From the NCBI GenBank assembly GCA_038063455.1, contig JBBTVB010000005.1:67482-131481 (forward strand): a DNA stretch of 64,000 bases, written 5' to 3'. Below the pieces are notes generated by a model that was given only the letters and a program-made list of their open reading frames with translations, did not search any database and was not told the origin of the DNA. Positions within the stretch are counted from its first letter, which is position 1. Every line of letters begins with the position of its first letter. A program made the position numbers and the translations under genes. Positions 18,560 to 27,310 of this stretch are shown in pieces. The DNA is from Patescibacteria group bacterium. GTDB taxonomy: Bacteria > Patescibacteriota > Patescibacteriia > PEXW01.

Positions 18560-21410
18560 ACACCAGCTTCTTCAAGTACTGGCCGGTGTAACTCGCCTTC
18601 ACCTTGGCCACGTCTTTGGGCCGGCCTTCCGCCACCAGCTTGCCGCCTTTATCGCCGCCGCCGGGGCCGAGGTCTACCAACCAGTCCGCGGATTTAATGA
18701 CGTCCAAGTTGTGTTCAATGACGAGCACCGTGTTGCCTTTGTCCACCAGCTGGTTGAGCACGCCGAGCAAACGCTTCACGTCATCAACATGCAAGCCCGT
18801 GGTCGGCTCGTCCAAAATGTAGAGTGTGCGGCCAGTGGCGCGGCGGGAGAGTTCCGTCGCCAATTTGACGCGCTGGGCTTCACCGCCCGAGAGCGTGGTC
18901 GCGCTCTGGCCCAAGTGCACGTAGCCTAGGCCCACATCCATAAGGGTTTGAAGTTTGCCTTTGATCGCGGGAATGTGTTTGAAAAACTCCAGCGACTCTT
19001 CCACGGTCATGTTGAGCACGTCAGCAATCGTCTTGCCTTTGTATAAAATTTCTAAAACTTGATTCGAGTAGCGCTTGCCATGGCACTCTTCACACTCCAC
19101 GTACACATCCGGCAAAAAGTGCATTTCAATGCGCACCAAACCGTCGCCTTCACAGGCTTCACACCGGCCACCCGGCACATTGAAGCTAAACCGGCCCGGC
19201 CCAAACCCGCGCGTCTTGGCTTCTGGCACTTGGGTGAAAAGGTCGCGGATGGGGGTGAACACGCCCGTGTAGGTGGCAGGATTCGAACGCGGCGTGCGGC
19301 CGATTGGCGACTGGTCAATGGTGATCACTTTATCCAAGTGTTCCATGCCGGTAATAGCTTCGTGCTTGCCCGGCAAATCTTTAGCATTGTAAAACTCCTG
19401 CGCCAACGCGCGGGAAAGGATATCGGTAATGAGCGTGGACTTGCCGCTGCCCGACACGCCGGTGACGCACACGAACATGCCGAGGGGCAACTTGACGGTC
19501 AGGTTTTCCAAGTTAAATTCCTGCGCGCCCTTGATGACGAGCGCTTTGCCATTGCCCTTGCGGTACTGCTTAGGTACGGGAATAGACTTTTTGCCAGAGA
19601 GGTACTGGCCAGTGAGCGACTTGGGGTTGCGCGCCAGCTCTTTGGGGTTGCCCTGCGCCACCACCGTGCCGCCGTGCTCGCCCGCGCCCGGGCCAATATC
19701 CACCACGTGGTCAGCGGCTAAGATGGTTTCTTCGTCATGCTCGACGACCAGCACAGTGTTACCCAGGTCGCGCAACGACTTGAGCGTGTGGATGAGTTTG
19801 GCATTGTCCCGCTGGTGCAGGCCGATGGACGGCTCATCTAAAATGTAGAGCACGCCCACGAGTGAGGAACCAATTTGCGTGGCCAAGCTGATGCGCTGCG
19901 ATTCGCCGCCCGAGAGCGTGGACGCGGCGCGGTCGAGGGTAAGGTAGTCCAGGCCCACATTTTGCAAAAAACCCAGGCGGCTGCGGATTTCTTTTAAAAT
20001 CTGCTTGGCAATGGCGGCATCACGGTCGCTAAAGGCTTTGGGTTTGGCCAGGGTGTCGAAAAACAACGCAGCTTTTTCTACGGTGTCGGCCGTGACGTCA
20101 GAAATGTTCTTATCGGCCACAGTTACACCCAACACGTCCGGCTTTAGGCGCTTGCCTTTGCAGGTCGGGCAGGGCCACACCCGCATGTAGCGCTCAATTT
20201 CCGTGCGGATGTAGTCCGAATCGGTTTCTTTGTACCGCCGCATCAGGTTGGGAATAACCCCTTCATATGCCGTCATGAACGCGCGGACTTTACCGGCACT
20301 GGAGTTGTTATTCACGTCGTACTCTTTCTCGCCCGTGCCGTGCAAAATGGCATCCAGCGCTTTCTTCGGCAAATCTTTTACGGGTACATGCAAGTTAATC
20401 TTCAACTCGCGGGCAACTGCTTCGACCACGCGCATGTACCAGGTTTGGCTGGACGCACTCCGCGACCAAGGTCGAATCGCCCCTTCGGGAATGGAGAGCT
20501 TAGGGTTGGGGATGACGAGTTCAGGATCGATTTCGAGTTTCGTCCCCAAGCCCGTGCACTCGGGGCAGGCGCCGTGGGGATTGTTAAACGAAAAGTTACG
20601 CGGCTCAATGGGTGGCAGGCTGGTGCCGTCGTGCGGGCAGGCAAAGTGCTGGCTAAACAGCGTGTCGGTCATTTTCTGTTTCGCATCAAGCTTGCTCACA
20701 ATAATCAGGCCCTTGCCCAAACGGCCAGCGGCCTCTAAAGATTCGGTCAGGCGCTGCCGGTCCAACTCCGTGCCCAACGTCAGCCGGTCGATGACCACAT
20801 CAATGCTGTGCTTCTTCTGTTTGTCCAGCTCGATGGATTCGGCTTCGTCCAGCGGCGTGACAATCCCGTCCAAGCGCACGCGCACGTAGCCCGCCTTGCG
20901 CACGTCGGCAAACACGTGGCGGTGCTCCCCTTTCATATCCCGCACCTTCGGCGCCAGGATGAGGATGGGTGTGTTCGCCGGCCAGGCAAGCACTTGCTTG
21001 CGGATTTGCTCCACGGTTTGACGTTGCACTTCGCGGCCGCAGACCGGGCAGTGCGGCGTGCCCACGCGGGCGTAGAGTAAGCGTAGGTAGTCGTAAATTT
21101 CTGTTACGGTACCGACCGTCGAGCGCGGGTTGTGCGTGACAGACTTCTGGTCAATAGCAATTGCCGGCGACAACCCATCAATCTGGTCTACGTCTGGCTT
21201 GTCCATGAGGCCCAAAAACTGCCGCGCGTATGACGACAGGGATTCCACGTAGCGGCGCTGGCCTTCGGCATAGATAGTATCGAACGCTAAGCTGGATTTG
21301 CCGCTGCCGGACAAACCCGTGAAGACGACAAAGGCATTCCGCGGGATATCCAGGCTAACGTTCTTGAGGTTGTGGACCCGAGCACCGCGAACGCGAATGA
21401 TGTCTGCCAT
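18558..21410 (-). CDS. uvrA: excinuclease ABC subunit A
   Basis: 950 aa. It has two ABC ATPase modules ([18 protein letters not shown]), zinc-finger Cys pairs and two LSGGE signatures. Confidence 0.97.
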   Translation of the reverse strand: MADIIRVRGARVHNLKNVSLDIPRNAFVVFTGLSGSGKSSLAFDTIYAEGQRRYVESLSSYARQFLGLMDKPDVDQIDGLSPAIAIDQKSVTHNPRSTVGTVTEIYDYLRLLYARVGTPHCPVCGREVQRQTVEQIRKQVLAWPANTPILILAPKVRDMKGEHRHVFADVRKAGYVRVRLDGIVTPLDEAESIELDKQKKHSIDVVIDRLTLGTELDRQRLTESLEAAGRLGKGLIIVSKLDAKQKMTDTLFSQHFACPHDGTSLPPIEPRNFSFNNPHGACPECTGLGTKLEIDPELVIPNPKLSIPEGAIRPWSRSASSQTWYMRVVEAVARELKINLHVPVKDLPKKALDAILHGTGEKEYDVNNNSSAGKVRAFMTAYEGVIPNLMRRYKETDSDYIRTEIERYMRVWPCPTCKGKRLKPDVLGVTVADKNISDVTADTVEKAALFFDTLAKPKAFSDRDAAIAKQILKEIRSRLGFLQNVGLDYLTLDRAASTLSGGESQRISLATQIGSSLVGVLYILDEPSIGLHQRDNAKLIHTLKSLRDLGNTVLVVEHDEETILAADHVVDIGPGAGEHGGTVVAQGNPKELARNPKSLTGQYLSGKKSIPVPKQYRKGNGKALVIKGAQEFNLENLTVKLPLGMFVCVTGVSGSGKSTLITDILSRALAQEFYNAKDLPGKHEAITGMEHLDKVITIDQSPIGRTPRSNPATYTGVFTPIRDLFTQVPEAKTRGFGPGRFSFNVPGGRCEACEGDGLVRIEMHFLPDVYVECEECHGKRYSNQVLEILYKGKTIADVLNMTVEESLEFFKHIPAIKGKLQTLMDVGLGYVHLGQSATTLSGGEAQRVKLATELSRRATGRTLYILDEPTTGLHVDDVKRLLGVLNQLVDKGNTVLVIEHNLDVIKSADWLVDLGPGGGDKGGKLVAEGRPKDVAKVKASYTGQYLKKLV

Positions 21411-21649
21411 TGTGGTGGTATTCCACCACTACCTCGAGCGTATCGAGAGGTGGCAGAAAAAATTAACCAATAGAGTGCGAGCAGTGTATCACCCGTGTCA
21501 AGAAGGGTCAAGGGGAAAGCCGTAGAGCTGTAGGCCATAGAGCAGTAGGAGCAGAACTTTCTCTGCCCAGACGTGAGGAGATCTTATGGCCGGGTTTTGA
21601 AATTCATACCGACTTTAGTCGGGTGACCCACGCCACTAAAGTGGCTATG

Positions 21650-21680
21650 AAAAACAAAAACCCTCGTGTTTCCACAAGGG
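21650..21680 (-). terminator. intrinsic-terminator-like hairpin 19 nt 3' of TR2
   Basis: The minus-sense RNA reads CCCUUGUG-GAAA-CACGAGGG (8-bp stem including one G-U pair, GNRA loop) followed by UUUUUGUUUU. Confidence 0.65.
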
Positions 21681-21699
21681 TTTTGGGATACCACAGGAA

Positions 21700-21819
21700 T
21701 TTGCGAACGCGGACGAATCGACAGTACCGATTCCAGCTGTTGTCGAGCACATTGCGGTTGAGGTTCCGCCCGTTGTCGTTGAGGTAGACGTACGCAACGT
21801 CACCACCGGCAACCGTACC
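21700..21819 (-). repeat. DGR template repeat TR2
   Basis: 120 bp matching VR2 (22195-22314). It encodes Asn-rich ...VYLNDNGRNLNRNVLDNSWNRYCRFVRVRK. 15 of the 16 differences are at TR adenines on the minus strand. Confidence 0.85.
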
Positions 21820-22099
21820 GTCGTTCACGTGCAGCGTGCCATCCATGGCACTGCCCGTCGAGTAACTCTCGGGGCTGTATTGTATTCGGGGTCATGGGTA
21901 ACCCACCAGCACCCTGCACCAAGTACCTTATGGTAAAGAGGATTCGCGGGAGGCGCGCTGTCGTAAGGCATTGCCCGACGACATTCTGGCCAGTACCAGC
22001 GCCCTAGAGTTCGGCCGTCCGCAGCCGCTCGCCCCGAGTGGGGTCGAGGGGTGACCGCGGGCAGATTCGCCTACTGTCCAAGGTACAGTCTAGCAGATT

Positions 22100-22139
22100 G
22101 ATAGAAAATGCCCCACACCTTTTGTAAAAGATGTGGGGC
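22100..22139 (-). terminator. hairpin/terminator downstream of DGR target gene 2
   Basis: GCCCCACA...TGTGGGGC stem (22110-22139) with an inner A/T extension, followed on the minus strand by ATTTTC. Confidence 0.55.
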
Positions 22140-22191
22140 GAATGCAAAGTCCAAAGGGACCAAAAGTTCCAAGCGAACAAGCAGCAAAGTG

Positions 22192-22767
22192 CTACTTGCG
22201 AACGCGGACGAATCGACAGTACCGATTCCAGCTGCGGCCGAGCACAATGCGGCGGAGGTCCCGCCCGCCGCCGTGGAGGCCGACGTACGCAACGCCACCA
22301 CCGGCAACCGCACCCAGGCAGACGATTGGCGATTCACCAAGGTCGGCCTTTGTGTCTGGAACTGCGTCCAGGTAGGTCTCGCTGTCGGCACGATCCAGGG
22401 GACGGAACCTCGGTTCATTCTGCCAGTCCACCACCTCCTGGGTGGTCGGCTCGTGGTCAAAAATTTTCACGTCGTACGCAACTTCCCGCACCCCCGGAAC
22501 GATTGGGAAGTCTACAACCGACAAGCTCGTATTAACGTAGTAGTAATCCTTCTTGCGGATGGACTGCCAACGTGGGTCATCACCGTTGACGGTCAGGATG
22601 GTTGGCATGGCAAAGGGGTTCTTCCCCTGTGCGAAGAGCTCTAACTGCCGCTTCGTAATTATCCGCTTCTTCACCTTGGTGATAATATCGATAATTAACC
22701 CGAGGCAATCGTCCGCACCCAAGCGCTCGTCGTCCGGCACGTTTCCGACCATGTTCTTGTTTGCCAT
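22192..22767 (-). CDS. DGR target (variable) protein 2
   Basis: 191 aa from ATG 22767 (AAGGAG ribosome-binding site 7 nt upstream; the tracked ORF extends to 22791). The C-terminal 40 aa are VR2. No signal peptide or TM helix is visible. Confidence 0.8.
   Translation of the reverse strand: MANKNMVGNVPDDERLGADDCLGLIIDIITKVKKRIITKRQLELFAQGKNPFAMPTILTVNGDDPRWQSIRKKDYYYVNTSLSVVDFPIVPGVREVAYDVKIFDHEPTTQEVVDWQNEPRFRPLDRADSETYLDAVPDTKADLGESPIVCLGAVAGGGVAYVGLHGGGRDLRRIVLGRSWNRYCRFVRVRK
22195..22314 (-). repeat. DGR variable repeat VR2
   Basis: The 3'-terminal 120 bp of the CDS, abutting the TAG stop. Aligned to TR2 with adenine-restricted substitutions. Confidence 0.85.
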
Positions 22768-22958
22768 GATCAGCTCCTTATATTTCTGCAATTGTCCGAA
22801 GCCGTCGGAACCACGGTGGTGAGCGTTTTGCTCACATTTTGAAAAGTATTTATTTGACAGTCAAAGGTAGCACAGACGAGCCTCTTTGTCAATCCTTTAA
22901 ATCTGCACAAAAAGCAACCCCACTACACAGAAAGGTCGCTCGAAACTAACTGAGCAAA

Positions 22959-23204
22959 TTATAACTCCTTACTTATTTGCTCCCAAGTAATACCAAACTT
23001 TTCTTCGATCTCCTTCAGCGTGTAGTACAACACATCCTTCCGTAACTTTGATTGAATGGTGAGTGACTTCTCGGTTCTCGGCCAAATTATTTTAAAGTGA
23101 CTCCCATCACCACCGCTCATATCAATGATAAAACCAACTCTTTGTAAGGCGCGTATGAATTTCCGAGTTTTTATCTCGCCCGGCAGCTCGCTACGCGAGG
23201 GCAT
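22959..23204 (-). CDS. HicA-like toxin (YcfA family)
   Basis: 81 aa. ...RKFIRALQRVGFIIDMSGGDGSHFKI... resembles the HicA L..GF....GSH motif. Low-GC islet. Confidence 0.5.
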   Translation of the reverse strand: MPSRSELPGEIKTRKFIRALQRVGFIIDMSGGDGSHFKIIWPRTEKSLTIQSKLRKDVLYYTLKEIEEKFGITWEQISKEL

Positions 23205-23517
23205 ACCTTTCGCGTCGCTCGCCTTTCCTAAAAATATTTACCTTCTTTGCAAAAGACGATGGGATACTAAAGGAGGTTAATATTGCATCTTTCACGTTAC
23301 GATCGAGCTCTTCTTGGGTACGACCAGAAGTAATGATCGATCCAAATCGAAAGTTCTCACTTACTGCGACAAGACCTTCAGAATTTTTCTCAAATTTAAA
23401 TTCAATTCCATCATACTGACGGAAATAATTCTCCAATTCCCACAACCCCTTAGGGACGTAGGCATTGCCATAAAAGGCCTTCACGACTTGATCTCGCAAT
23501 ACTTTAAGAATTGCCAT
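23191..23517 (-). CDS. HicB-like antitoxin (UPF0150-like)
   Basis: 108 aa from ATG 23517, overlapping the downstream HicA-like gene by 14 nt. ...GLVAVSENFRFGSIITSGRTQEELDRNVKDAI fits the HicB N-terminal-domain pattern. Confidence 0.45.
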   Translation of the reverse strand: MAILKVLRDQVVKAFYGNAYVPKGLWELENYFRQYDGIEFKFEKNSEGLVAVSENFRFGSIITSGRTQEELDRNVKDAILTSFSIPSSFAKKVNIFRKGERRERYALA

Positions 23518-23606
23518 ACTTAAGAAATTGAGTATACCACACTGTTCCAGAGTTCTTTGGCTTACCATTATTAGATTATATTGTCAATTCTACATACAAT
23601 AAACAT

Positions 23607-25493
23607 ATGTCCCCTGCCCTCCGCCGCCAACTCCAAACCCTGCCTGCTAAGCCAGGGGTGTACACCTATTTCGATGCCAAGGGTGACGTGCTGTACGTGG
23701 GCAAAGCGACAAGTTTAAAATCCCGCGTATCGTCCTACTTCACCAAAAAGAACGGCTTAACCCCGGCAAAGAAAATCATGGTCAGCAAGATTGTACGGCT
23801 GGAAACCATTGTCACCAGCAGCGAGACCGAGGCGCTGATGCTGGAAACTACGCGCATCAAGACCCTGCACCCGCCGTACAACATTGTGATGCGGGATGAT
23901 AAGAATTTTCTCTTTATCAAAGTTGCGCTGGCCGAAGCCTACCCCAGCGTCACCACGGTCCGCCGCCTGACCAAAGATGGCTCGCGCTACTTTGGGCCGT
24001 ACGTCTCGGCGGGGGCCGTGTACACCACGCTCAAGCTGCTCAAAAAAATCTTCCCCTACAAAAACTGTAGCAACCCACCAGACAAACCCTGCTTTGAATT
24101 CCACCTGCACCGCTGCCTGGGTCATGGCACCGATGCCGCCAGCCAGGAACGCTACCGAAAAATTATCCATGACCTCATGCACTTCTTGCGCGGTGACACC
24201 AAGGATGTGCGGAAGGAGTTGGAGAAGCAGATGAAGCTCGCTAGCCAGAAACGACAATTTGAAAAGGCCGCTGTCGCCCGCGACCGCGTGTTTGCTATAA
24301 ATAAACTGATGCAGCAGCAGAATGCCATCATGCCCGCGGCCGTGAACCTAGATTGTATTGGCTACGCCACGGTGGGGAGCTTGGCCGCTGTGAATCGCTT
24401 ACTCATTCGGAATGGCAAAATCCTGGATCGCCAAACCTTTTTGTTGCAACACGTGCAGGATGAACCAGCGCCGGTGGTCCTGGCCAGTTTTATGGAACAA
24501 TTTTACAGCCAAGTCACCGACCCGCCGGAAAAAATTGCTCTACCTTTTGCCCTCGTGCTATCCCCGGCGTTCCATAGCGCGGTTGATGCCGAGACTTTTA
24601 CTCCGCAGCGCGGCCGGTTGAAGAAACTCATGAAAGTGAGTGAGTTGAATGCCACGGAATTCCTGCGCCAGCAAAAAGCCAGTTTTGAAAAAGACGACGT
24701 CCGCCTGCTCAAAGGTTTGCGCGAACTTGCTACAGCCCTAAACCTATCCGAAGCGCCAAAACGTATTGAAGCCTTTGACGTGGCGAATGTCCAAGGCGAG
24801 CACGCCACCGGCAGCATGGTGACGTTTGTGAATGGCCGCCCGGAAAAAAAGTGGTATCGGCGCTTCACCATAAAAACCGTACAGGGTTCCAATGACCCGG
24901 CGATGATGGCGGAAATGCTCACTCGGCGATTTGGCCACGCTTCCTCTGTCATTGCGAGCCCCGCACCAGCGGGGCGCGGCAATCCTGCTGATGTAGCGAA
25001 GGGCAAGATTGCTTCGTCGTCCCGTGTCAGCGGGACTCCTCGCAATGACACATGGCCCCTGCCTGACCTTATTATTCTAGACGGCGGTGCAGGGCAGCTG
25101 AGCGTGGTTACCCGGGCGCTGGGTAAAATCCATGTGCCGATTGTTGCCCTGGCCAAAGCCGGCCACGCCCACGAACCCCAGCAGGGCGACCGCGAACGCA
25201 TCTTCCGCATTGGCAAACCGCCGGTGAAATTACCCAACCCGTCGGACGGTTTGTTTCTGATTGAGCGCATCCGCGACGAAGCGCACCGCTTTACCATTGC
25301 CGGTTACCGCGGCAAGCACCGCAAGGCCAGCATCGGCTCGGCGCTCGATACCATTTCCGGGGTTGGACCAACGATGAAAAAGAAACTCTTAAAAACCTTT
25401 GGCTCGGTGGCAAAAATCCGTCAGGCGGCGGAAGATGATGTGGCAAAGGTGGTTGGGCCGAAGCTGGCGAAAACGTTGCAAGAAAAACTATAG
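23607..25493 (+). CDS. uvrC: excinuclease ABC subunit C
   Basis: 628 aa with an N-terminal GIY-YIG domain (PGVYTYFDAKGDVLYVGKA...), a UVR domain, an endonuclease domain and a C-terminal (HhH)2. It contains a 34-codon palindromic-element insert. Confidence 0.95.
   Translation: MSPALRRQLQTLPAKPGVYTYFDAKGDVLYVGKATSLKSRVSSYFTKKNGLTPAKKIMVSKIVRLETIVTSSETEALMLETTRIKTLHPPYNIVMRDDKNFLFIKVALAEAYPSVTTVRRLTKDGSRYFGPYVSAGAVYTTLKLLKKIFPYKNCSNPPDKPCFEFHLHRCLGHGTDAASQERYRKIIHDLMHFLRGDTKDVRKELEKQMKLASQKRQFEKAAVARDRVFAINKLMQQQNAIMPAAVNLDCIGYATVGSLAAVNRLLIRNGKILDRQTFLLQHVQDEPAPVVLASFMEQFYSQVTDPPEKIALPFALVLSPAFHSAVDAETFTPQRGRLKKLMKVSELNATEFLRQQKASFEKDDVRLLKGLRELATALNLSEAPKRIEAFDVANVQGEHATGSMVTFVNGRPEKKWYRRFTIKTVQGSNDPAMMAEMLTRRFGHASSVIASPAPAGRGNPADVAKGKIASSSRVSGTPRNDTWPLPDLIILDGGAGQLSVVTRALGKIHVPIVALAKAGHAHEPQQGDRERIFRIGKPPVKLPNPSDGLFLIERIRDEAHRFTIAGYRGKHRKASIGSALDTISGVGPTMKKKLLKTFGSVAKIRQAAEDDVAKVVGPKLAKTLQEKL
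24948..25049. mobile_element. palindromic MITE/RPE-like element, type A, inserted in frame in uvrC
   Basis: GTCATTGCGAG at 24948-24958 and CTCGCAATGAC at 25039-25049 are perfect inverted repeats. Length 102 bp, i.e. 34 codons (V448-D481, VIASPAPAGRGNPADVAKGKIASSSRVSGTPRND). Internal sub-hairpins are present. Confidence 0.8.
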
Positions 25494-25698
25494 CTTCGGG
25501 TAGGCGAGGTCACTTGACCTCGCCATCAATTGCCTGGGTCAAGGGACCCAGGCTACACAATCAAAATTATGACTGATACCGAGCGTAGACTCGAACTCAA
25601 AGTGAAACGCCGCGAAAAAAAGAAGAAGCCCAAGATGGCCGTCCAGGGCAAACGAGTGTTTCAGATTGTACGGTTACACGCGAAACGGAGGAAACGTA

Positions 25699-26847
25699 CT
25701 ACTTCGTGAAGGTGAAGGTGGAAAGGATGATCTGCTCGGTACTACTCATTTCCTTGTCGCCGACGAATTCTAGCCCTAGTAGCTTACCCTGATGCTGCAC
25801 AACAAAGGCTACTGTATCTTCGCCGCAACTAGGACCGTCACAGTATTTATAGATGAACTTCTTGCCAGCACGGTTACCCAACTTCGCGTCACCGACTGGT
25901 GTCGTATCGAACCAATACGAGAGCAAACCATCAACTGCATCAATGCGGTATCGCGTATCAACGACTATCCTTCCGGCGGGATTTTTCACAACGACGGTCC
26001 CATCAGAAGCAGCAGTTGCTATATAAAACTCTGGGTATCTAAATGAATAAGCAAGGGATGTGCTTGTGTACGTCTTCCATTTTGATATCGTCGTGGTGAA
26101 TGTGAATGTACTGAGAATCTTTTTTACTAACACGTCGAATCCATCTTTCTTCGCAGTGTCTTGACGGAACACTATCGTATAATTGTCGCCTGGCGTGACA
26201 TTTGGTTCGATGACCGATATCTCGTAGAGGTTTGCGTCCTGGTCTTCTGAGCCGGTAGCTACTAACTCTTGATTCACGGAGAATCCTTTGGCGCCCTTAG
26301 TCGCAGTGTACTGCAAGTCGGTATATATCAACTTGAATTCTTGAGGATTAACCGCAACCTGTATGGATGGGCGCGCTAAACCTGTTGCATTAACATCCAT
26401 GAAAATAGCTGGATTAACGTCTGCAGAGATAGTCCAGCCGGTGGGATATTTGAAACTAAACACTCCTTGTGGATCCGTATACGTCTTCCATCCTGCTGTA
26501 CTGACGCTGGCATTCGTGTTTGCACTGGAATTGGTATTCACGGTGGTATTCGTATTCCCATTGCTATTGGTGGTCGCAATCGGCCCGCAGATTGAACGGC
26601 AAGTGCAGGAACCCGCCGCGCCAATAGCCGTAACGCCACAAATGGGCTGGTAGCAGGGGTCGGCGCCACAGTATGACGTGCAATCGGCATCGGCCGTACA
26701 CGCCAGATTGAGCGCAGTGTTTGTATCCGTCGTTTTGGGCGTAGGAGATGTACGCTGAACCAGAAAAACGCCAGTAACAACCGCGGCGATAATGCCGAGG
26801 GCTATGACGACGCCGAGGATGACTGCAATGCCACGGGGATGTTGCAT
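25699..26847 (-). CDS. membrane-anchored extracellular protein, unknown function
   Basis: 382 aa. N-terminal TM anchor, a Cys-rich segment, an Asn/Thr-rich linker, and two repeated WKTYT...SF(K/R)YP domains. Confidence 0.6.
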   Translation of the reverse strand: MQHPRGIAVILGVVIALGIIAAVVTGVFLVQRTSPTPKTTDTNTALNLACTADADCTSYCGADPCYQPICGVTAIGAAGSCTCRSICGPIATTNSNGNTNTTVNTNSSANTNASVSTAGWKTYTDPQGVFSFKYPTGWTISADVNPAIFMDVNATGLARPSIQVAVNPQEFKLIYTDLQYTATKGAKGFSVNQELVATGSEDQDANLYEISVIEPNVTPGDNYTIVFRQDTAKKDGFDVLVKKILSTFTFTTTISKWKTYTSTSLAYSFRYPEFYIATAASDGTVVVKNPAGRIVVDTRYRIDAVDGLLSYWFDTTPVGDAKLGNRAGKKFIYKYCDGPSCGEDTVAFVVQHQGKLLGLEFVGDKEMSSTEQIILSTFTFTK

Positions 26848-27067
26848 ATGGCAAAATGTAAGAGCATTAAGTATAGCACCGATGACGCCAACGGAAGGAC
26901 GAATACTCTTTGATCAATCTGGAGTTGACCCAGCACCACTTTGCAGAAACACTAGCATGCAAAGCGAACGTGAGTACGTAAAATTCGTGTGTACTGACCG
27001 TGCATTAGTGCACAAAGTGGTGCTGGGTTGACAAACACCAACGAACATTGTAGGCTGCACCCTACGT

Positions 27068-27304
27068 ATGAACTGGGAACTCACCCTGAGCATTGTCCAA
27101 ATTTCTACCGTCGCTTTGCTGACGGTTGCCATTTTGCTGCAAGCCAAAGGCGCTGGCCTTGGCGCGGTTTTTGGCGGTGAAGGCAATGTCTACCGCACCA
27201 AACGCGGCGCCGAAAAAGTACTCTTCATTGCCACTATCGTGCTCGGTGTCATTTTCGCCGGCTCGGCAATTGCTTCGCTCCTGCTTCGCAACGGCACCAT
27301 ATAA
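27068..27304 (+). CDS. secG: preprotein translocase subunit SecG
   Basis: 78 aa with two TM helices and the central LLQ.KGAGLG..FGG motif. Confidence 0.85.
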   Translation: MNWELTLSIVQISTVALLTVAILLQAKGAGLGAVFGGEGNVYRTKRGAEKVLFIATIVLGVIFAGSAIASLLLRNGTI

Positions 27305-27310
27305 GGTTTT

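Noticed and set aside
21604-21846. 80-aa ORF (MDGTLHVNDGTVAGGDVAYVYLNDNGRNLNRN...)
   Set aside because: This is the same situation for TR2. The ORF reads through the template repeat and its terminator hairpin, so it is not called as a CDS.
25569-25709. 46-aa highly basic ORF (MTDTERRLELKVKRREKKKKPKMAVQGKRVFQIVRLHAKRRKRTTS) after two uvrC-distal hairpins
   Set aside because: It resembles small ribosomal-protein-like peptides, but I cannot match it to any family. It has no clear ribosome-binding site and overlaps the 3' end of the convergent gene. It is left uncalled.
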